The translations under genes were made by a program, and so were the position numbers. The notes below the pieces were generated by a model that saw only the letters and a program-made list of their open reading frames with translations, was not told the origin of the DNA and did not search any database. From a virus (taxonomy: Duplodnaviria > Heunggongvirae > Uroviricota > Caudoviricetes), in the IMG/VR virus record IMGVR_UViG_2534681774_000039: a stretch of 11,760 nucleotides of DNA; one strand, written 5' to 3'. How positions within the stretch are numbered: the first letter of the stretch is position 1; every line of letters begins with the position of its first letter. Positions 7,151 through 11,760 of this stretch are shown one piece after another.

Positions 7151-7561
7151 CAAAGCAGTGGCTGTTGTGGTGGGGTTGTCACTCAGGTGTATGGTCAACC
7201 TGACAATCCGGTGTCCTCAACGGGGAAAGAGTAACCCCGCCATACTTACCGCCGCGCCATTTCGCGGATTACCACAACGCTGAGAGCACTTAGCCAGTTA
7301 CGGCACCACACTTTGTCGCGGTTCCATAAATGCCCTCATCGTTGCACCCTGGTCTCTTCCCAGGCGTCAAACCGAATCGCCACGCTGGTTAGGCGTCTTA
7401 TCAGCATCCTCATTGACTTGCACATTCCGGCTACCTGGTTTGTTTGCCCGAGCAAGGAGTGGATTGTCCCCTTTAACGTCCCCAGACCGCTAACGACGCA
7501 TGTGCCATACGCCGTGTTACAACCAAATTTTGTTTAATCTTGCCTGTGGCATGTTTCTTTT

Positions 7562-7595
7562 AGATACATTATGTATCTCAAGGGTACATTGTCAA
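7562..7595 (-). promoter_or_regulatory. pL-like leftward promoter (-35 TTGACA at 7595-7590, 16-nt spacer, -10 CATAAT at 7573-7568) overlapped by a 17-bp operator-like palindrome AGATACAT-T-ATGTATCT (7562-7578)
   Basis: Consensus -35, near-consensus -10 and spacing read on the minus strand; the perfect 8-bp inverted half-sites overlap the -10, as expected for a repressor-controlled OL. Confidence 0.45.
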
Positions 7596-7620
7596 GTATA
7601 AAAAACCTGCCGAAGCAGGT
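7596..7620 (-). terminator. Rho-independent terminator downstream of cI (stem ACCTGC / GCAGGT, UUCG loop on the minus strand, then U5 tract)
   Basis: 6-bp perfect stem plus tetraloop and T-run 13 nt after the cI stop codon (7633-7635). Confidence 0.7.
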
Positions 7621-7632
7621 TATAAATATTGA

Positions 7633-8307
7633 TTAGGCCTTTATTTGGTATCTTCTTGGTTTTCCTGAGAAAATTACTGTACCAATTATAGAGCAATTAC
7701 CGTTAATCTTAATGTAAGGCTCAGGCCAGTTTGGGTTTAATGCTTTGAGATAACGCTGTGTTCCATCTTCTATCAATCGCTTGAAGGTGGTTTCGCCTGT
7801 ATCGTGCATCAATGCAATAACGTCGTCACCGTGGCAGGCAGGGACTTCGGGATCAACAAAAATCATGTCTCCCGGGCGGTACTCATCAATCATTGAATCA
7901 CCAATCACCCGCAAGATATAAGTCATTTCGCCACAGGGTACAGGGCAGGGATAAGTTTCTGCTGTGCTCAAATCAACCTCAGAATAGCCAACTTCTTTCC
8001 ATGCTCCGGCCTGTACCCATGATATGACAGGGACTAACGTTATTTGTTTGTTAGTAATTGAAACATCAGGTTTTTTTGTGATGTTTGTTGTCTGGTGTTC
8101 TTGATCAAGCCATCCGACAGGCAGGTCGAAACATTTTTCGATGTGCCGTGCCATGCTGTCACCGATATTTTTAGTAGCACCATCTCCCATAAACCTGCTG
8201 GTCTGGGTTGGCTCGCGATCAATCATGGTGGCAAAGGAAGAATTCCCGCCAACACCATCTCTCAGTTTTCTGGCGTTAGACCGCCGGATGTCATGGACTG
8301 TTTTCAT
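7633..8307 (-). CDS. cI: cI-like prophage repressor, N-terminal DNA-binding domain plus C-terminal LexA-like S24 autopeptidase domain
   Basis: C-terminal domain shows a candidate Ala-Gly cleavage site (WVQAGAWKE), catalytic Ser motif GDSM, and a Lys in ...TTFKRLIEDG... resembling the LexA ...FTVKRLKKQG... block; position and orientation (divergent from cro) fit an immunity repressor. Confidence 0.8.
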   Translation of the reverse strand: MKTVHDIRRSNARKLRDGVGGNSSFATMIDREPTQTSRFMGDGATKNIGDSMARHIEKCFDLPVGWLDQEHQTTNITKKPDVSITNKQITLVPVISWVQAGAWKEVGYSEVDLSTAETYPCPVPCGEMTYILRVIGDSMIDEYRPGDMIFVDPEVPACHGDDVIALMHDTGETTFKRLIEDGTQRYLKALNPNWPEPYIKINGNCSIIGTVIFSGKPRRYQIKA

Positions 8308-8323
8308 AACGAAATTAAAACCT

Positions 8324-8375
8324 TTGTACCGATAGGGTACAAGTATCTTGAAGGTTCATCTCAATCATGTAATAT
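8324..8375 (+). promoter_or_regulatory. OR/pR region: operator-like palindrome TTGTACC-N5-GGTACAA (8324-8342) and pR-like promoter (-35 TTGAAG 8348-8353, 16-nt spacer, -10 TAATAT 8370-8375) driving cro
   Basis: Inverted repeat and hexamers read directly in the 90-bp cI-cro divergent spacer; GGTACA/TGTACC half-sites recur at 8386-8391 and in the OL region (7583-7588). Confidence 0.45.
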
Positions 8376-8397
8376 GTATATCGGAGGTACATATTGT

Positions 8398-8598
8398 ATG
8401 AAAGCGTATTGGGACTCTTTAACCAAAGAACAGCAGGGCGAGTTGGCCGGAAAAGTTGGCTCAACACCAGGCTACTTACGGCTAGTTTTCAATGGTTATA
8501 AAAAAGCCAGTTTTGTGCTGGCTAAAAAACTTGAGCAATGCACGTCAGGTGCAATTACGAAATCTGACTTAAGACCGGATATCTATCCGAAAGATTAA
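8398..8598 (+). CDS. cro: Cro-like small HTH regulator (YdaS-like)
   Basis: 66-aa protein MKAYWDSLTKEQQGELAGKVGSTPGYLRLVFNGYKK...SDLRPDIYPKD; GGAGG RBS 8 nt before ATG 8398; the ...LRPDI... C-terminal block recalls Rac YdaS-type Cro proteins; first gene of the rightward operon. The 167-aa ORF-track version (8095..) is an upstream read-through that overlaps cI. Confidence 0.65.
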   Translation: MKAYWDSLTKEQQGELAGKVGSTPGYLRLVFNGYKKASFVLAKKLEQCTSGAITKSDLRPDIYPKD

Positions 8599-8629
8599 CA
8601 GAACACCTTCAATTTTTAACCACAGAACG

Positions 8630-9193
8630 ATGAGGCTAACCGTGGGTAAGCATCACTGGAAAGTAGAAAAACAGCCTGAGTGGTACGTGAAAGCTGTCAG
8701 AAAAACTATCGCGGCGTTGCCGGGGGGTTACGCTGAAGCTGCTGAGTGGCTGGATGTAACAGAGAACGCTTTATTCAACCGCCTTCGTGCAGATGGCGAT
8801 CAGATTTTCCCGCTGGGATGGGCAATGATTTTACAGCGCGCGGCTGGCACTCACTACATTGCGGATGCTGTCGCACAGTCTGCTGGTGGGGTGTTTGTAT
8901 CGCTTCCTGAAATTGAGGAAGTAGAGAACGCCGATATAAACCAGCGCCTGCTGGAAGTCATCGAACAGATCGGGAGTTACTCAAAGCAGATTCGTTCGGC
9001 AATCGAAGATGGGGTCGTGGAGCCACACGAGCAGACAGCAATTAATGATGAGTTGTATCTGTCAATTTCGAAGCTCCAGGAACATGCAGCACTGGTCTAC
9101 GAAATCTTCTGCGCTCCAGAAAAGAGTGACGCCCGCGAGTGTGCAGCTCCGGGCGTCGTGGCGTTTTGTGTCTGTGGAGAAACTAACGCATGA
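8630..9193 (+). CDS. CII-like / YdaT-like phage regulatory protein (start may be GTG 8642, which has a better RBS)
   Basis: Block ...AEWLDVTENALFNRLRADGDQIFPLGWAMIL... parallels the ...TLRNKLNPEQPHQFTPPELWLL... block of the Phage_CP76 CII family as I recall it; sits in the cII position after cro. Confidence 0.55.
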   Translation: MRLTVGKHHWKVEKQPEWYVKAVRKTIAALPGGYAEAAEWLDVTENALFNRLRADGDQIFPLGWAMILQRAAGTHYIADAVAQSAGGVFVSLPEIEEVENADINQRLLEVIEQIGSYSKQIRSAIEDGVVEPHEQTAINDELYLSISKLQEHAALVYEIFCAPEKSDARECAAPGVVAFCVCGETNA

Positions 9194-9792
9194 ACAGTTT
9201 AACGGCAAATAACCGTTTGTCGCAACAGCTGGTGGTCAGTGTCGCTGAACACCTGTTGTTACGGCATGAATGCAGATTACCAAATCACCTGGCTGTAAGT
9301 AACCACAGAGAACTTTACCTGACTGTGGGGGGCGAGTTGTGCAGGAACTTAACCGCTGGTTTCGTGACGGAAGAGGGCTTTATGTCCATGTTATTCGTTG
9401 GGAGCCAGAAACACAGCGCGTTATCTATCTTCGCAAAGACTACCCGCATGAGTGCTTTAGTCCTTTGTGGAAATTCAGGCGTGATTTTGTTGAGTGTGAA
9501 GGACCACCAGCACATTGATTCTGCCATTCCGGGACGTTACACTGTTCAGGCACCTTATAAAGCGGGTGCCGGGATTGGCGTCCTGGAGAAGGCTACCGCG
9601 TACAACCGCGTAGATGCGGTTTTTTTGTACGCATTATTTTGTCACGCCCAAATTATGGTGGGGCGTACAGGGGCATCGCAAGATGCGCCGGTAAGGGTAG
9701 CCGCCGGTAACGCCAACTCTGTACGTCTCACCACCTCTATGATTGGCGTCTTATGTGGTGAGTTTTTTAAGCTTGCTACCGAGGCTGCCATT

Positions 9793-10338
9793 ATGGCTAC
9801 GATCCCAACCTTTGTTCACCCTGAAATCACGATCATCAATGGTCGTGCTGTCACTACATCTCTTGCAGTTGCTAACTACTTTACTAAACGGCATGAGCGG
9901 GTTTTAGATAGAATTCGAAACCTTGAATGCTCCGCTGAATTTGCTGAACACAATTTTGTGTTAAGTGGTTATATCGACGCTTCAGGCCGCAAACTACCTT
10001 GCTATCAAATAACCCGCGATGGCTTTGCGTTTCTTGCTATGGGTTTCACGGGTAAACGTGCTGCCCAGTTCAAAGAGGCATACATCAATGCCTTTAACCA
10101 GATGGAGAAACAGCTTTCAAAGCCCTCTGTACCGAGCGACGTTACACATAACGCCAGCGTTCTCTATTCCTACATTTCATCAATTCATCAGGTCTGGTTG
10201 CAGCAGCTTTATCCCATGCTGGAAAAAGCTGAATCACCGCTGGCTGTAAGTCTGTATGACCGAATTAACGATGCGGCATTTCTTGCCCGTCTTATTCATT
10301 CGTCGCTGAACTCTTCAGAGGTAAGGGGGCGCAAATGA
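9793..10338 (+). CDS. rha: Phage regulatory protein Rha family (Rha domain at N-terminus when started at ATG 9793); the same frame is stop-free back to ATG 9190, so a longer 382-aa product cannot be excluded
   Basis: ...ITIINGRAVTTSLAVANYFTKRHERVLDRIRNL...ITRDGFAFLAMGFTGKRAAQFKEAYINAFNQMEKQL matches the Rha-domain signature as recalled; GAGG RBS 9 nt before ATG 9793; stop overlaps the next start (ATGA). Confidence 0.7.
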   Translation: MATIPTFVHPEITIINGRAVTTSLAVANYFTKRHERVLDRIRNLECSAEFAEHNFVLSGYIDASGRKLPCYQITRDGFAFLAMGFTGKRAAQFKEAYINAFNQMEKQLSKPSVPSDVTHNASVLYSYISSIHQVWLQQLYPMLEKAESPLAVSLYDRINDAAFLARLIHSSLNSSEVRGRK

Positions 10339-10559
10339 TCCGGAATATTTTCAAACGTTTTACCAATCAGACTTTCCGTTGTCCTCGTCCGGGTCAGTGG
10401 TACACCACGCCTGCAGGGCATGTTCTACGTGTTAGCCTGGTTGACCGTGAATGTCAGAAGGTGGTTTGTGAACCGCTGGGCCGTAATTACCGCGTCAGTA
10501 TGCCGCTTATAGCCTTTCGCTCCGGAAAAAACATGAAGCATCTCGGAGGTGCTGCATGA
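10335..10559 (+). CDS. Small hypothetical protein (74 aa), translationally coupled between rha and the replication gene
   Basis: ATGA overlaps at both ends (10335-10338 and 10556-10559); no family recognised; basic, Arg-rich. Confidence 0.4.
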   Translation: MIRNIFKRFTNQTFRCPRPGQWYTTPAGHVLRVSLVDRECQKVVCEPLGRNYRVSMPLIAFRSGKNMKHLGGAA

Positions 10560-11374
10560 GTATGGAGCTGATGGTTAAAGCGATGAAAATTCGAGTGGGA
10601 AATCCATTGCGAAAACTGGTTCTGATCAAGCTGGCTGATAATGCCAGCGATCAGGGGGAGTGCTGGCCCAGCTACCAGCATATTGCTGATCAGTGCGAGA
10701 TTAGCAAACGTTCTGTGATGAATCATATTGCGGCCCTTTGTGAGTCCGGGCTGGTAAAAAAAGTCACCCGGAAAGGTGAAAAAGGTAACTCAAGTAATAT
10801 CTATCTCCTTCATCTGGATGGTGCAGGAGATTCACTAGGGGGTAGTGCAAATAATTCACTATCTGGTGCAGCAAATTCACCAGGTAGTGCAGGAGTTGCA
10901 CCAGGGGGTAGTGCAGGAGATTCACCCAGAACCAGTCACTCTTTTGAACCAGTCAAAGAACCAGTCAATGAACCAATAGCTGTTGGTGCATCTGCTGATG
11001 AGTCTGTGCGAGTTCGTTCAAACCGACCGGAATACTCTCCGGAGTTTGAGCAGGCATGGCTGGTATATCCCAAACGTGCTGGTGGCAATTCAAAATCTGC
11101 AGCCTTCAAAGCCTGGAAAGCCCGTTTGAATGAGGGGGTAAACCCCGAAACCATGCTGGAAGGTGTGAAACGCTACGCGGGCTGGGTATCTGCGATGGGT
11201 AACAGCGGCACACAATTTGTGAAACAGGCTGTCACGTTCTTTGGTCCGGATCGTCATTTCGAAGAATCCTGGGAAGTTCCTGCGGTATCTGCAGCCAGAC
11301 GCGAGGACCCGTACTTCAAAGCCAGTTACGACAATGTGGACTACAGCCAGATCCCGGTAGGATTCAGGGGGTGA
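10556..11374 (+). CDS. Phage replication initiation / replisome-organiser protein: N-terminal winged-HTH region, Gly/Ser-rich linker, conserved phage C-terminal domain (Phg_2220_C-like)
   Basis: N-terminus ...LRKLVLIKLADNASDQGECWPSYQHIADQCEISKRSVMNHIAALCESGLVKK... is typical of phage replication HTH proteins; C-terminus ...FEQAWLVYPKRAGGNSKSAAFKAWKARL...VKRYAGWVSAMG... matches the conserved phage C-terminus pattern as I recall it. Confidence 0.7.
   Translation: MSMELMVKAMKIRVGNPLRKLVLIKLADNASDQGECWPSYQHIADQCEISKRSVMNHIAALCESGLVKKVTRKGEKGNSSNIYLLHLDGAGDSLGGSANNSLSGAANSPGSAGVAPGGSAGDSPRTSHSFEPVKEPVNEPIAVGASADESVRVRSNRPEYSPEFEQAWLVYPKRAGGNSKSAAFKAWKARLNEGVNPETMLEGVKRYAGWVSAMGNSGTQFVKQAVTFFGPDRHFEESWEVPAVSAARREDPYFKASYDNVDYSQIPVGFRG
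10821..10977 (+). repeat. Cluster of direct repeats inside the replication gene linker (candidate iterons / origin)
   Basis: GTGCAGGAGATTCAC at 10821-10835 and 10911-10925; GGGGGTAGTGCA at 10838-10849 and 10904-10915; ATTCAC recurring at about 22-bp spacing; GAACCAGTCA three times (10929-10938, 10946-10955, 10958-10967) plus a partial fourth. Confidence 0.5.
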
Positions 11375-11376
11375 TC

Positions 11377-11760
11377 ATGAGTCTTTTGAATGACGTTCAG
11401 AAATTCATTGAAGCCCATCCGGGATGTACTTCCGGAGACATTGCGGATGCTTTTGCAGGTTACTCACGACAGCGCGTTCTGCAGTCAGCAAGCAAGTTAC
11501 GTCAGAGTGGGCGTGTGGCTCACCGTTGTGAAGGGGATACACGCAGAAATTTCCCGCGGCTGACTGAGATACCGCAGGAGCCGGAACCGCAACCAGTTCG
11601 TGAATCCAGACCTGTGCGCAATTTCTATGTCGGCACTAACGATCCCCGGGTGATTTTGTGCCTGACCCGCCTGGCGGAAGAACTGGAGTCCAGGGGCTTA
11701 TACCGTCGTGCTGCAACGGTGTGGATGGCGGCATTCCGTGAAAGCCACTCCCTGCAAGAG
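11377..11760 (+). CDS. Hypothetical protein, 3'-partial at the window edge, with a PerC-like motif (...ELESRGLYRRAATVWMAAF...)
   Basis: ORF starts 3 nt after the replication gene stop and runs off the window; the GLYRRAA..W block resembles the PerC/Pch family motif as I recall it; the N-terminal ~90 aa is unassigned. Confidence 0.4.
   Translation, partial: MSLLNDVQKFIEAHPGCTSGDIADAFAGYSRQRVLQSASKLRQSGRVAHRCEGDTRRNFPRLTEIPQEPEPQPVRESRPVRNFYVGTNDPRVILCLTRLAEELESRGLYRRAATVWMAAFRESHSLQE

Noticed and set aside
5974-7182. In-frame upstream extensions of the HD gene (to 6042) and of rdgC (to 7182) shown in the ORF track
   Set aside because: Both internal ATGs (5973 and 6981) have good RBSs and give proteins starting at the family-typical N-terminus; the extensions run through the intergenic hairpin and leader.
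6983-7198. 71-codon minus-strand ORF (TTG start) ending 2 nt before rdgC, considered as a possible N-like antiterminator
   Set aside because: It spans the predicted terminator hairpin and the 15-bp stem, has no RBS, uses a TTG start, and its translation is Cys/His/Thr-rich and not protein-like; read as non-coding leader.
7336-7425. 29-codon Arg-rich minus-strand ORF (MCKSMRMLIRRLTSVAIRFDAWEETRVQR) as a mini N-like peptide
   Set aside because: Too short, weak RBS, and no boxA/boxB-like RNA targets nearby; cannot be supported from sequence alone.
7040-7537. Plus-strand ORFs 7040-7234 (64 aa) and 7313-7537 (74 aa) in the pL leader
   Set aside because: No RBS or promoter context, Cys/Trp/Pro/His-rich random-like composition, antisense to the predicted leftward transcript.
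8095-8397. Upstream 100 codons of the 167-aa ORF-track version of the cro-like gene
   Set aside because: That stretch overlaps the cI coding region on the opposite strand and the pR/operator region; the ATG at 8398 has a GGAGG RBS and gives a Cro-sized protein.
9339-9518. 59-codon GTG-initiated ORF with a GGGGG RBS-like run, in an alternative frame upstream of rha
   Set aside because: Translation is Trp/Cys/His-rich (random-like), and it overlaps the long stop-free frame that looks more likely to be under selection.
1-11760. CRISPR arrays, tRNA/tmRNA genes, rRNA
   Set aside because: No regularly spaced direct repeats with unique spacers were seen, and no T-loop-like GTTCRANYC motif in a cloverleaf context was found in the non-coding stretches.

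Overview
This window reads as the left arm, immunity switch and start of the replication module of a lambdoid enterobacterial prophage, bounded on the left by an IS1 copy. All calls rest on reading the sequence and the supplied ORF track, plus recalled family motifs; no database search was run. Layout: IS1 (1-713); a two-gene + strand module with its own candidate promoter and terminator (a signal-peptide-like 179-aa protein plus a YafO-family toxin-like protein, 1091-2101); a tightly packed, translationally coupled minus-strand early-left operon (RdgC-like, HD phosphohydrolase, two unknowns, Ead/Ea22-like, PD-(D/E)XK-like, DUF551-like, DEDDh exonuclease, PrtN/excisionase-like; 6981 down to 2108); a roughly 580-nt ORF-poor, hairpin-dense leader (6982-7567) downstream of a leftward pL-like promoter; a LexA-like S24 cI repressor (7633-8307) flanked by operator-like palindromes; then rightward cro-like (YdaS-like), cII-like (YdaT-like), a Rha-domain ORF with a puzzling 200-codon stop-free upstream extension, a small coupled ORF, a replication-organiser protein with iteron-like repeats in its linker, and a partial ORF with a PerC-like motif. 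No integrase, N-like antiterminator, tRNA, rRNA or CRISPR array is visible. The most unusual items are the structured pL leader with no N-like gene, the non-canonical YafO-like pair beside IS1, and the stop-free extension ahead of the Rha domain.
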